Positions 36,496-47,706 are shown, counted from the stretch's first letter. The stretch: 64,000 nt of DNA from Pseudomonadota bacterium (GCA_040386495.1 JAZKFJ010000016.1:19142-83141); one strand, 5' to 3'. Program-made: numbers and translations. The notes: generated by a model from the letters alone, not told the origin.

Positions 36496-38301
36496 TCAGC
36501 GGCGGCGCGCACGCGATGCCGGCGGCGCGGCGGAAAGCCCGGCCATCATCGCGATCAGTTTGGTCTTGCGCGCATGTTTCGATCGATAGCCGGCCAGAAC
36601 TTCGTCTATCGTGCCAGCCGTGTCCGGATGCGCCTGCGCGATGCGCGTCATTCGCTTCATTTTTTCGACGGTTTGGTCGTATCTGCTGCTGTAGACCGCG
36701 TCCAGACCATCGTCGATCGACCTCTGCAGCACGCGCACGGCTTCCAGCGGCCGCGTGCGTTCCAGCATCGGCAACAGGGCCGACCAGATACGCATAGGCA
36801 ACTGCTGACCTTCGGCCAGGGCCCAGGCGCCCTCGCTGTCCTCGTCGATCAGTTTGAATTCTATCCGCAGGCTCAGCCGCGCCTCGGCCGACAGCCCCTT
36901 GCGCTTCGCGATACCGGCATCGATCCGCTCGCGCAGCGATGGCCAATCGCCGTACGCCTTCGCCGTCTTGCGCAACATGGCGTAACGCTCATGCGAGCAG
37001 CGATGGTCGAATGCCTTCGACAGCAAAGCGATCGCATCCTGCGCGAAGCCTTCGGCGCAATACGCTTCCGCCAATCGATCGTGCAGACGGCATTCGTCCG
37101 GCGCATGCTTGACGCCGCGCTCCAGCCAATCGATGCCCTGCCGCGTACGCCCATGCGCCAGGCACAGTTCCGCCAGCACCAGGTAGTCGTAACCGCTGTG
37201 GAGCGTGCGTTGTTTCAGCGCGATCAACGCCTCCAGATCCCCGCACGCTTCCAGCACGCTCTCCAGGATCCGCTGCGCGTGCCGATACTCGTGCGCGTCG
37301 CTGGCCCAACGCTCTTTCGGTGCCGGCACGGACGCGAACCGCTTTTCGGCCATGACCTGCAGATCCGCCATGCCCTTGGGGCCCAGCGCGGGCGCCAACG
37401 ATGCCAGCGGATGCAGGCTGTCCCAATCGTCGATCGCGAGCACGGCGAAGACCTCCTTCGCCATCGCGGGCGCGGGCGCGGCGAATGTCTGCGCATGCGC
37501 CAGGATGCGCTGCCCGACGCGCTGGCCGATATCGCCGATGGACCCGTTGGAATCGTCCACCTTCGTGTAGATGGACAACAGTTTCTTCAACGCGAACAGC
37601 ATCAGCGACAGGGTGTCCTTCGGATCCCGGCCCGCCTGCTCATCGAAAAGATCGAACAGCGCTTCGAGGCGGCGCGCGTACTGCCGGGTTCTTTCCCAAT
37701 CCATGAAGCGCGGACTGCCGATCAATGTCTTGACCGCTTCGCGCTGCGCCCCGGCCGATGCCGATGCCGCACGCGCCCGCGCAACGAGGGCGCGCCACTG
37801 ATCGCTGTCCTGCGCAGCCTGACGGATCAGCAGCTCCACCAGCCGCGCCTGCGGCAAGCCCGACAACCACTGCGCAATCACGGTGTCGTCGTCGACCGGC
37901 GCGGCCTGGCCGGGGGGCGGCGTCTTCATGCGGCTGCCCTTGGCCAACGCCGCACCACCGCGGCCGCGCGCGACCCTGGTCGCCTCCCGTCGCTCACCGG
38001 ACGCCGACGCCAGTACCGCCAGACCCAGCGCCACCTGATGCTTGCAGAACCCGTCGTCCGCCGCCGGGCAATCGCAGTCGCCATCCAGACCAGCGTCCCA
38101 GCCCAGGCTGGTCCGATACGCATGCGTCCCCATGACCGTCGCACGGTAGCGACCTGCCCGCCGCTCCAGATCCTCCACGGCGCCGGCGTCGAAATAGCCC
38201 CGGCCGCGCTGAAACGCGCGATCGCCTGCGAGTTCGAACAGATCGTTTTCCTCGAATGCGAACAGCATCGGCGGGCCGTCATCGGCGGGGACAGGCGTCA
38301 T
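36496..38301 (-). CDS. SWIM zinc-finger domain protein with long helical C-terminal region
   Basis: The SWIM signature is [17 protein letters not shown] (CxC..CxH). The start is taken at MTPVPADDG (38301); the track ORF extends further upstream into the icd promoter region. Confidence 0.65.
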   Translation of the reverse strand: MTPVPADDGPPMLFAFEENDLFELAGDRAFQRGRGYFDAGAVEDLERRAGRYRATVMGTHAYRTSLGWDAGLDGDCDCPAADDGFCKHQVALGLAVLASASGERREATRVARGRGGAALAKGSRMKTPPPGQAAPVDDDTVIAQWLSGLPQARLVELLIRQAAQDSDQWRALVARARAASASAGAQREAVKTLIGSPRFMDWERTRQYARRLEALFDLFDEQAGRDPKDTLSLMLFALKKLLSIYTKVDDSNGSIGDIGQRVGQRILAHAQTFAAPAPAMAKEVFAVLAIDDWDSLHPLASLAPALGPKGMADLQVMAEKRFASVPAPKERWASDAHEYRHAQRILESVLEACGDLEALIALKQRTLHSGYDYLVLAELCLAHGRTRQGIDWLERGVKHAPDECRLHDRLAEAYCAEGFAQDAIALLSKAFDHRCSHERYAMLRKTAKAYGDWPSLRERIDAGIAKRKGLSAEARLSLRIEFKLIDEDSEGAWALAEGQQLPMRIWSALLPMLERTRPLEAVRVLQRSIDDGLDAVYSSRYDQTVEKMKRMTRIAQAHPDTAGTIDEVLAGYRSKHARKTKLIAMMAGLSAAPPASRARRR

Positions 38302-38452
38302 TGTCCCAAAGTCCACGCAGGCGATGCGATGGGCTGTGGGCATAGGGGCGCAGGCGCCCGGATCGCCCTGCACCCTTCCCCCTGCCCCGGCAAGCCGCGA
38401 CAATGGCGGTCTTGGCCGGCGCCGCTGCCGGCCTTCATGGAGACCATGCGTA

Positions 38453-39781
<1,329 letters not shown>

Positions 39782-39812
39782 CGCCGCCGCGATCACATGC
39801 AGAAAGCCTGGA

Positions 39813-39842
39813 GCCAGTCAGTGAACGCTGACTGGCTTTTTT
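39813..39842 (+). terminator. rho-independent terminator of icd
   Basis: GCCAGTCAG-tgaacg-CTGACTGGC followed by TTTTTT. Confidence 0.85.
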
Positions 39843-40019
39843 ATGTTCGCGGGATTCTGTTTTGTAGAGCGGCAGATATGGCTTGGCTGACCGGCATTGG
39901 GCGAAAGCCGGGTTTTTTGCATTCCGGAGGCGGCGATGGCGCCAGTGCCCGCTACATACGTACCGCCGCAACGCGGATGCACTAACGTATAGCGCCCCCG
40001 CACCGCCAAGAATCCGTCC

Positions 40020-41843
40020 ATGGAAGTACAGCAGGCCCTGTTTCTCGTCATCCTCGCCGCCACGCTGGCGCTGTTCATCAGCGAAAAACTGCGCGTGGAT
40101 CTGGTGGCGATGCTGGCCCTGCTGGCGCTGACCCTGACCGGCATCCTCGAACCGAAAGAAGCGCTGTCGGGCTTTTCCAGCGAGCCGGCGATCATCGTGG
40201 CGGCGGTGTTCGTACTGTCGGCGGGGCTGTCGGCCACCGGCATCACCGACCGCATCGGCGCAGGCATCGGACGCGCGGCGGGCGGCAGCGAATGGCGCAC
40301 CATCGCGGTGGTGATGCCCGCGACCGCGGCGCTGGCCGCGTTCTCGCATCACCTCATGGTCACTGCGATGATGTTGCCGATCCTCATGCGCCTGGCGCGC
40401 GAACAGAAGCTGGCCACCTCGCGCCTGCTGATGCCGATGTCGCTGGCGGCGTCGCTGGGCACCACGCTCACGCTGATCAGCGCGCCCGCCTTCCTGTTGG
40501 CCAACGATCTGCTGAAGCGCGACGGGCAACAATCGCTGGATATCTTCGCCATCACCCCCATCGGTGCGGCGCTGGTGCTGCTGGGCACCGTGTACATGCT
40601 GCTGGGCCGCTGGCTGGTGCCCAAGCGCAGCGGCGAATCCGGCCAGGCCGATTACCTGCGCCTGGAACGCTATTACACCGAGCTGGTGGTGGAAGCCGAA
40701 TCGCCGTGGATCGGCAAGACCCGCGAGGCGTTCGAAAAAAAATTCGGCGACCGCCTACAGGTGGTGGACTGGCTGCGTCACGGCATGCGCCGCAGACAGC
40801 AACACAGCGACAGTCCGTTCCTGGCCGGCGACGTGCTGCTGGTGCGCGCGTCGCCGGACGAGATCGCCTCGATCAAGGACGAACCCGGCCTGGCGCTGCA
40901 TGCCGTGGCCAAATATGGCGAAAAGCCCGCCGAAGGCTACAAGCCCGAACTGCTGGGCGAAGAACAGCTGGTGCAGGCGGTGGTGGCGCCGCGTTCCGAG
41001 TTCGCCGGCCGCAGCGTGGCCAACGTCGACTTCCTGCGCAATCTCGGCGTGGTGGTGGTGGGCCTGTGGCGCAAGGAAGGCTGGCTGCATGGCGAACTGG
41101 CCGAGATGCCGCTGCAGGAAGGCGACCTGCTGGTGCTGTGGGGCCGGCAGCAGAACTTCGAACAGCTGGCCGCGCATCACGGCTTCCTGCTGCTGATGCC
41201 GTTCGACGGCCAGAAAAAAACCCGCAGTCGCGCGCCGCTGGCGCTGCTGATCATGGCCGCCGCCATCGTCGCCTCCGCCACCGAACTGCTGCAGCCGCAG
41301 ATCGCATTCCTCGCGGGCGCGGTGGCCATGGTGCTCACCCGCTGCGTCGGCGTGGAACAGGCCTACCGGCAGATCGACGTGCGCATCTTCGTGATGATCG
41401 CCGGCGTGATTCCGCTGGGCATCGCGATGGAGCGCACCGGCACCGCGAGCATGCTGGCGTCCTTCCTGCTGGAGCACGCCTCGCACTGGTCGCCGCTGAC
41501 GCTGCTGCTGGTGATGTTCGGCGCCGCCGCGCTGCTGACCCAGATCCTCTCCGACGCCGCCACCACCGTGCTGCTGTGCCCCATCGCGCTGGCGCTGGCC
41601 GAAGGCCTGGGCCTGCCGCCGGTGCCGTTCGTCGTCTGCACCGCGATGGGCGCGGTCGCCTCGTTCCTGACGCCCATCGGCCATCACGGCAACTTGCTGA
41701 TCCTCAACCCCGGCCAATACACCTTCGGCGATTTCCTGCGCGTCGGTGTGCCGCTGACGCTGTTGATCGCCATCACGACGGCGTGGATGGCGCGGTGGAT
41801 GTGGTTGGGGGGGCCGTTGTTGCCGGGTGGGTTTGCGTTTTAG
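40020..41843 (+). CDS. SLC13/DASS-family anion permease with two internal TrkA-C (RCK_C) domains
   Basis: A 607-aa ORF with N- and C-terminal transporter halves. A central soluble insert shows the pattern of duplicated TrkA_C domains, containing LVVEAESPWIGKT...GDVLLVRA and VVAPRSEFAGRSV...EGDLLVLWG. Confidence 0.85.
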   Translation: MEVQQALFLVILAATLALFISEKLRVDLVAMLALLALTLTGILEPKEALSGFSSEPAIIVAAVFVLSAGLSATGITDRIGAGIGRAAGGSEWRTIAVVMPATAALAAFSHHLMVTAMMLPILMRLAREQKLATSRLLMPMSLAASLGTTLTLISAPAFLLANDLLKRDGQQSLDIFAITPIGAALVLLGTVYMLLGRWLVPKRSGESGQADYLRLERYYTELVVEAESPWIGKTREAFEKKFGDRLQVVDWLRHGMRRRQQHSDSPFLAGDVLLVRASPDEIASIKDEPGLALHAVAKYGEKPAEGYKPELLGEEQLVQAVVAPRSEFAGRSVANVDFLRNLGVVVVGLWRKEGWLHGELAEMPLQEGDLLVLWGRQQNFEQLAAHHGFLLLMPFDGQKKTRSRAPLALLIMAAAIVASATELLQPQIAFLAGAVAMVLTRCVGVEQAYRQIDVRIFVMIAGVIPLGIAMERTGTASMLASFLLEHASHWSPLTLLLVMFGAAALLTQILSDAATTVLLCPIALALAEGLGLPPVPFVVCTAMGAVASFLTPIGHHGNLLILNPGQYTFGDFLRVGVPLTLLIAITTAWMARWMWLGGPLLPGGFAF

Positions 41844-41845
41844 GC

Positions 41846-41977
41846 GTAGGGTGGGCCCCTGGCACACCATCACCATGCGTCCGTTGTCGCAAACAATGAT
41901 CGAAGCAAATCTCCGCAAGAAAACCAATCGTCGTGATTGTTTGAATACGGTGGTGGTGGGCCAGGGGCCCACCCTGC
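41846..41977. repeat. about 130-bp MITE-like element with terminal inverted repeats GTAGGGTGGGCCCCTGGC / GCCAGGGGCCCACCCTGC
   Basis: Inverted termini are seen directly after the SLC13 stop. Confidence 0.7.
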
Positions 41978-42003
41978 GGCCCTACTCGCTGCACACATTC
42001 CAG

Positions 42004-42124
42004 TAGAGCGGGTGCAACCCGCCTTCTGCAATTCGAGCACCGCATACGACCAGATCACGCAGTCTCATGATCGTTGTAATCCACGGTATAGCGCTTCGAA
42101 ATGGCGGGTTTCACCCGCCCTACA
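42004..42124. repeat. about 120-bp MITE-like element with termini GTAGAGCGGGTGCAACCCGCC / GGCGGGTTTCACCCGCCCTAC
   Basis: Inverted termini are present. It belongs to the same family as 45532-45664. Confidence 0.7.
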
Positions 42125-42202
42125 AGCTCATCCTGAAATAAATGACAGGGTTAATTTCCGGCCAAGCATGGAAATGGAAAGGTGATCTGATCCATTCTGT
42201 GG

Positions 42203-43279
42203 ATGTCTACTAGAAGAAAAATCATGGCCGGCCGACGTCACCACTACCTACCCCGTTTTCTTCAACGCCCCTTCGCTTTCCGGCAAAAGGGTAAACACTT
42301 CTATGTACACGCTCATCACCGCGCACATGGAACCTACGACACTAATGTTATGGAACTTGGCCAAGAGTTAGATTTCTACGGAACCCAAGAGGACAGATCG
42401 TTAGATGATGCGATCACAGTTGGCGAGAAACAACTGGCTATCACGGTTAATAGACTCAATAACAACGAGCCAATGGAGCCTGGCCAGATGGCAATCCTCA
42501 TCTGCGCATTAGGTATTCGCACTAAGGCGATGCGCACTGCGCTTACAGATATGATGCCTGTATTTATGGCGGCGGCCCGGTCTCGCCTCTTGGATGGCAA
42601 ACACCTGCAAGCGGAATTGACCAAGAGCCTCCACGACCCCAAGAAACGTAGACAACTTATCTACGAGCAGATCCGAAAGGATCACGGCCACTTGAGCCGA
42701 GAACAACAGGCCAAGTTCTACAGTTTAATGCTCCCTAAATGGAAAATCATAGTTCAGGAAAACGAGCAACGATTACTCGTAGAGGTTAAATCGCTTGTTG
42801 TTCATGCATTGGATCACATGCAGTCGGAAGCAGAAAAAATTGCCGATAAGGCATTTCTTGGAGGATTGTCGAAGGGCCCAGAGAGCCCCATCCGATCTCA
42901 GCGCATGGTTGAAGAAATGACACTTGAAACTTGGAGCTCCTGTGCTGGCGACCACTTCATTCTCGGCGACTGTGGCCCGGTAGCCATCTTCACCGACGGT
43001 AAGCCACGCTTGGCTCTGGGGGCAATCGACAATGAGGTCGAGATGGCCATGGTTTTCCTACCAATTTCGCCCACACGCTGCATCGTTGGCCGCCGTCCTT
43101 CATACGAGAACCCACTTAATGTGTCGGATATAAACCAAATCATTGCGGCGCTATCCCATGAATTCTTCATCTGCGACCAAGCCGATGGACCCGCGCTCGC
43201 TGCCTTACGTCAGAGGATCGGCTCGCTAGTGCCGATCGCAACCGAGGAAGAAATGTCTAGGCTACTCGCAGAAGCCTAG
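42203..43279 (+). CDS. DUF4238 domain-containing protein
   Basis: The N-terminal RRHHYLPRFLQRPF matches the HHY(V/L)P(Q/R)F signature of DUF4238. The gene is markedly AT-richer than its neighbours. An alternative ATG lies at 42224. Confidence 0.7.
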   Translation: MSTRRKIMAGRRHHYLPRFLQRPFAFRQKGKHFYVHAHHRAHGTYDTNVMELGQELDFYGTQEDRSLDDAITVGEKQLAITVNRLNNNEPMEPGQMAILICALGIRTKAMRTALTDMMPVFMAAARSRLLDGKHLQAELTKSLHDPKKRRQLIYEQIRKDHGHLSREQQAKFYSLMLPKWKIIVQENEQRLLVEVKSLVVHALDHMQSEAEKIADKAFLGGLSKGPESPIRSQRMVEEMTLETWSSCAGDHFILGDCGPVAIFTDGKPRLALGAIDNEVEMAMVFLPISPTRCIVGRRPSYENPLNVSDINQIIAALSHEFFICDQADGPALAALRQRIGSLVPIATEEEMSRLLAEA

Positions 43280-43342
43280 TCCATCCTCCAACCTCCACAG
43301 GCGGCGAACATTCGACGAATGCTCCGCTCTGGGTCGAAAACA

Positions 43343-43461
43343 GCGAGTAGCCCGCGTGAGGGCATATCAAGCACCCGGGAGAACGCAAGCGGTCAAGTAC
43401 CTGTGATGTTTCAAGATCAAAAGCCCCGGGTGCGGCCTTCGGCCTTACCCGGGCTACTCGC
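43343..43461. repeat. left arm of an about 120-bp inverted repeat (three REP units of the GTAGCCCGGGT family)
   Basis: Its reverse complement aligns almost base for base with 45393-45510 (…GTAGCCCGGGTAAGGCCGAAGGCCGCACCCGGGGCTTTTGATCTTGAA…CTTGACCGCTTGCGTTCTCCCGGGTGC…). Confidence 0.85.
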
Positions 43462-43930
43462 TGTTCGCGGGCTTCCCTCAGTATCGACTCCAAGGCGACT
43501 CCCGCCCCTGCTTCGCTTGTTACGGGCTGGTCCGCCGACTGCGCGGTCACCGAACCTGCGGCCAACACCAGAGGCAGCCATAACGCGAACCGTCGATCGC
43601 TCACTCGCTCACCCCCAGCCGCGCCAAATAGAGGCCGGAAATATAACTCGAGCTGCTGAAGTCCAAGATGCATTCTCTGCTGGCGTCATTTTCAATGTCG
43701 GCTTCGGGTCGTAAGCGCTCATTGCCTTCGAAGCAACGAGGTCCACCGGACGACCAGCGGAGGCGCGGCGCGGTGTGCCGCCCTTGTCATCAAAGGGGCG
43801 ATTGCATTGACGTGCGGCGCGGAACGCGTAGAACCTGAGCCAGAAACAGCAGGCTCGATTGATCCAATGGCCACCAAGCGGACCTGTTTGCGGCAAAATG
43901 GCATGCCTCGCCATCAGTTTCGGGAAGTGC

Positions 43931-45373
43931 ATGCGCATCGGAATCGACTTCGGCACAAGCTATTCGGCCGCCGGTGCCGTTATCGATGGCGAGTTGCAGC
44001 TGATCCGGTTCGGCGACGACCTGCAGTTCCGTACCACTGTTTTCTTCCCGCAGCGTCTGCCGGACCTGTCCGACTTCGTACTCACCGACGACCTGCACGA
44101 CGAAATCCGGAGACTGACGGGGGATTTCCGGCGCGATCAGACCATGCTGCATGCGGAGCTTCGTGCACGCCGCGAGCAGGCATTGCAGCGCCCCGAACCC
44201 CAGCGGTCGCGCGAGCTGGGCATGATTCCCTCGCCGCGCGTTCGAAGCGAGCCGGAGCTGGAACGCGATGCGCTTGCGCTCGTGCGTCGGCGCTGGGCGG
44301 CGCAGGAGATGCGCAAGGCCATGCTCGAGCGCGTGGATCTGCAGCACGCGATTTATGGTGAAGAGGCGGTCGATGCCTTCATTGAGGGAAGCGCGGGCCA
44401 GTTGGTGGTCTCTCCGAAGTCCATGCTGGGCTATCGGCTGGAGGCGCATGCGCGCGACACCCTGTTGGGTATCGCCACACAGTTGCTGCGGCATATCCGG
44501 CTTACGGCGAGCGCGCAGCTCGGGTGCGACGTCAGGGCGGCTCTGCTGGGTCGCCCGGTGCGATTCCGCAGCTCGATGCAAGAGGCAGGCGGCGTACAGG
44601 CGCTCGAAATCCTGACCGACGCGGCGTATGCCGCAGGCTTCGACGAGGTGGCGTTCCTCGAAGAACCGGCAGCGGCTGCGTACGGCTATCACCAGCGCAA
44701 CGAACACTCCCGCAGGACGCTGATCCTCGACATCGGCGGTGGAACGACGGACATCGCGCTTGCCGATGTCGGCGGTGCGGAAAGCGCACCCGTCGTGCAT
44801 GGCTCATGGGGCGAGCCGATGGGCGGAACCGATGTGGACATCGAGCTGAGCATGCGCGCGGTCATGCCGCTGTTCGGCAAAGGCGTCACCAACACGCCGG
44901 TGCACCGCTTCTACGAAGCGTCCGCCGTGCAGGACTTGCAGCGTCAGGCCCGCTTCCGCGAGGCCTCGTTCGCGCATGTCGAAGCGCCCTACGGCCAGCG
45001 CCTGGAAACGCTGAGGGCATCAGGCCACACCGTTCGCCTGAACCGTGCCGTCGAGCGCGCCAAGATCCAATTGAGCCAAGCCGACTGCGTAACGCTGGAG
45101 CTCGATTTCATCGAACCGGGCTTGGCCGGGACCGTCGACTCCGCGCGCCTCGACGATGCCGCGTCGCCGTTCCTTCGCCATGTGCGCACGCTCATGGAGA
45201 GCGCCAAGGCCGAACTGACGCAGCCGCCGGAGACGGTCTATCTCACCGGCGGCATGTCGCGCTCGCCCTATGTGCCGCAGCTCGTCAGGGAGATGTTCCC
45301 GGATGCGGAGCTGGTCAAGGGCAACGCGTCGCTGGGCGTGGTGACGGGACTGGCGCACGCGGCAGCGCTTTAA
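43931..45373 (+). CDS. YegD-like Hsp70/actin-fold ATPase (no substrate-binding domain)
   Basis: MRIGIDFGTSYS (phosphate 1), VVSPKSMLGY, LILDIGGGTTDIAL (phosphate 2) and VYLTGGMSRSPYV (adenosine motif) are present. It is collinear with E. coli YegD as I remember it. Confidence 0.8.
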   Translation: MRIGIDFGTSYSAAGAVIDGELQLIRFGDDLQFRTTVFFPQRLPDLSDFVLTDDLHDEIRRLTGDFRRDQTMLHAELRARREQALQRPEPQRSRELGMIPSPRVRSEPELERDALALVRRRWAAQEMRKAMLERVDLQHAIYGEEAVDAFIEGSAGQLVVSPKSMLGYRLEAHARDTLLGIATQLLRHIRLTASAQLGCDVRAALLGRPVRFRSSMQEAGGVQALEILTDAAYAAGFDEVAFLEEPAAAAYGYHQRNEHSRRTLILDIGGGTTDIALADVGGAESAPVVHGSWGEPMGGTDVDIELSMRAVMPLFGKGVTNTPVHRFYEASAVQDLQRQARFREASFAHVEAPYGQRLETLRASGHTVRLNRAVERAKIQLSQADCVTLELDFIEPGLAGTVDSARLDDAASPFLRHVRTLMESAKAELTQPPETVYLTGGMSRSPYVPQLVREMFPDAELVKGNASLGVVTGLAHAAAL

Positions 45374-45392
45374 AGATCCGTACTGCTCACCA

Positions 45393-45518
45393 GCAAGTAG
45401 CCCGGGTAAGGCCGAAGGCCGCACCCGGGGCTTTTGATCTTGAACCACCACAGAAACTTGACCGCTTGCGTTCTCCCGGGTGCGTGCTACGCACTTACCC
45501 GGGCTACTCGCTACTCGC
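45393..45518. repeat. right arm of the inverted repeat bracketing the YegD-like gene
   Basis: See 43343-43461. It begins 20 nt after the stop codon. Confidence 0.85.
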
Positions 45519-45531
45519 TAAGAGTTGACGT

Positions 45532-45664
45532 GGATATCGCGTAGGGCGGGTCTCGTACCCGCCTACTGGACCGGAGCATGGCTTCTTGAACGACGCATCG
45601 CCATCTGGAGCATCGCCGTGATTTCGCATGCGGCGGGTGCAAGACCCGCCCTACGCGATATCCG
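45532..45664. repeat. about 133-bp MITE-like element with termini GGATATCGCGTAGGGCGGGTCT / AGACCCGCCCTACGCGATATCC
   Basis: Near-perfect 22-bp terminal inverted repeats. Confidence 0.75.
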
Positions 45665-45806
45665 CATCGGGTCGAAGCCAAGCTCTGACTATCGAAAACG
45701 AGCGGACGAACGAAACAGGCAGTAAGGCGTCGCTCGCAGCGCGGAACCGCCGAAGACGATTCCGCTCTCAACCACCCCACAACGCCTACTTACACACCAC
45801 CGCCGC

Positions 45807-46028
45807 TCACTTCTTCTTCAAACCCGCAACCACTTCCGACACGCCAAGCCCCAGTTCGAGCTGAAGGCGCACGTATTCGCGCTCCTTGCGCGACAGGTTG
45901 CGGCCCATCTCGATACGAACATCCTCGGCTTCCATGATGCGCAGGAGCCTCGGCATCGCCGAGCCGATGGCATCGGGCCCGTAGCCCGCTTCGCGCAAGG
46001 CGGCAATCAGAAGGGCTTCTAGTTCCAT
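45807..46028 (-). CDS. small hypothetical protein (73 aa)
   Basis: MELEALLIAALREAGYGPDAIGSAMPRLLRIMEAEDVRIEMGRNLSRKEREYVRLQLELGLGVSEVVAGLKKK. It lies downstream of the histidine kinase on the same strand. I recognise no family. Confidence 0.35.
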   Translation of the reverse strand: MELEALLIAALREAGYGPDAIGSAMPRLLRIMEAEDVRIEMGRNLSRKEREYVRLQLELGLGVSEVVAGLKKK

Positions 46029-46163
46029 GATGCGTCCAGATCGATTCGATGCGCTGCATTGTGCACCAGCGGATGCGTGGGCCACAGCGCGTTCGTACCG
46101 CACGGCCCGCGGTCGCCGCACCGCTTGCGCCAGAGGCATGTCCATTGCGCACGCACCACAGGC

Positions 46164-47372
46164 TTATCCCGCCGCTTTCGCATCGTCCCGATCCTGCTCT
46201 TCAGCGGGAAGCAACCGCGGTATGAAGACGGTGAACGTAGTGCCTTCCTCCGCCGTGGAGGTGACCGAAACTCTGCCGCCGTTGGCTGCGACGATCTCGC
46301 GCACGATGTACAGGCCCAGCCCGATGCTGCCGGGCGTCCGATCCGCTGCGGATTCCTGCGTGGCGTAGCGCTTGAGCGGATCGAAGAGCGTGGGCAACAG
46401 GTCCGGCGGGATGGGCGGGCCCTCGTTGTGGACGCTCAGCGCCACGACGGCATCCGCCGGGCCCGATGCCGCTGAAGGCGTGCTTTTCGAAGTCGCCGAC
46501 AACGTAATCGGCCCATCCGGCGAGCCGTGCTGGATGGCGTTGCCCAGCAGATTCGAAACGACCTGGCGGATGCGGCCCACATCCCACACGCCGTTCACGT
46601 CGCCGTCCGAATGGAAGTGCAGCACGCGGTCCGCGTGCGTGGTGCGGTACGCGTCGATCACCTCGCGGCACAGCAGTTCCAGATCGACCGGCTCGCGATT
46701 CAGCGGCATCGCGCGGCCCAGGCCGCTGGACGAGAAATCGATCAGGTCGCTGATCAATCGCACCATGACATCCGTGCTCCGGTTGATCATCAGGATGGCG
46801 TCGGCGGTGGCCCGGTCTTCGTTGTTCATCGCGACCAGATAGGCGGCGGTGCGGATGGTGCTGAGCGGATTGCGCAGATCGTGGCTGAGAATCGCGAGGA
46901 ACATCTGCCGCGAATCGTCGACGCGCTTGGAGTAACTGGCCACGCCGCGGGCCAGCGATTGATCCAGCGACTCGTTGAAGCGCGTGAGGTCGTCGAGGTC
47001 TTTCCGCTCCGGCTGCGGAACGCTTTCGCGCCAGAGGCGCAGGACGCTGGCGCGCAGCGCGCGGTATTCGGAGACGACGTCGGTGATGTGGAACCCCGAG
47101 GACACCCGCTCCACGCCGTGCATGTCCGAGGCGATGTCCAGCCGGTCGCTCGCCGCGCCGCCAGCGCCGCCGTCCCCTTTGGACTTGCTCTCCTGCTGCT
47201 CGAGGCTCTGACGGTTCTGCATGTCGCGTGCGGTCGCGAGCAGGATCGATTGCGCGTCGTCGCGAAGCTGGACGATCGTCATGTCCGCGCCGGGCGACAA
47301 GCTGCGCGCGAAGTCTTCCCATTCCGCGAGGATGGGTTCGATGTTCGCCAGAATGAATTCGGCCAGTCGCAT
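46164..47372 (-). CDS. cytoplasmic sensor histidine kinase with RsbRD_N-like N-terminal domain
   Basis: The N-terminus FILANIEPILAEWEDFAR is present. The H-box is FLAILSHDLRNPL, the N-box NLLGNAIQHG and the G-box GSIGLGLYIVREIV. There are no TM segments and no adjacent response regulator. Confidence 0.8.
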   Translation of the reverse strand: MRLAEFILANIEPILAEWEDFARSLSPGADMTIVQLRDDAQSILLATARDMQNRQSLEQQESKSKGDGGAGGAASDRLDIASDMHGVERVSSGFHITDVVSEYRALRASVLRLWRESVPQPERKDLDDLTRFNESLDQSLARGVASYSKRVDDSRQMFLAILSHDLRNPLSTIRTAAYLVAMNNEDRATADAILMINRSTDVMVRLISDLIDFSSSGLGRAMPLNREPVDLELLCREVIDAYRTTHADRVLHFHSDGDVNGVWDVGRIRQVVSNLLGNAIQHGSPDGPITLSATSKSTPSAASGPADAVVALSVHNEGPPIPPDLLPTLFDPLKRYATQESAADRTPGSIGLGLYIVREIVAANGGRVSVTSTAEEGTTFTVFIPRLLPAEEQDRDDAKAAG

Positions 47373-47606
47373 CCTGCTTTCCCCCGCGGATTCAAGTCGC
47401 CAAGCATGGGGCCGGCCCTGCCGCATGTCACGGAGAATGCGCTTTGGTCGCGACGGCCGGTGTCGCGTCCCCTGTCCGGACGGCTAATCCGGGTTGTATC
47501 CCAGGTCCGATGTCCGTTCCGACGATCGATCGCATGAACCAAAAAGCCCGGCATGCGCCTAATGCTCGTCAGTTAAAGCGAATTGTCCTTCAAATGCGGC
47601 TGTTTT

Positions 47607-47706
47607 CTCCTTCCCCCGCGTGCGGGGGAAGGCCGGGATGGGGGCGCTCTGCGCTCCATGTCGCGCGCCCCCACCTTAATCCTCCCCCGCGCGCGGGGGA
47701 GGAGGC
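47607..47706. repeat. two REP hairpins of the CTCCCCCGCG-GCGGGGGA(G/A)G family
   Basis: tccttcccccgcgtgcgggggaagg and cctcccccgcgcgcgggggagg. The family is shared with 49786-50380 and 52131-52168. Confidence 0.7.

Noticed and set aside
39843-39918. A possible small RNA between the icd terminator and a second weak hairpin with a T6 tract (CCGGC-attgggcgaaa-GCCGG-GTTTTTT).
   Set aside because: The stem is only 5 bp, no promoter is visible and I cannot assess conservation. This is insufficient evidence without RNA-seq.
43257-43673. A minus-strand 138-aa ORF with a signal-peptide-like stretch (RRFALWLPLVLAAGSVTAQS) upstream of the YegD-like gene.
   Set aside because: Its C-terminal half is translated straight through the REP-derived inverted repeat, and it overlaps the end of the DUF4238 gene. 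No SD or family support. It may be a remnant, but it cannot be supported as a gene.
42203-45373. Treating the DUF4238 and YegD-like genes as a proven two-gene system.
   Set aside because: Their base compositions differ, they are separated by a REP-derived repeat arm and 650 bp, and I know of no established linkage. They are reported as separate observations, with co-occurrence as a test.
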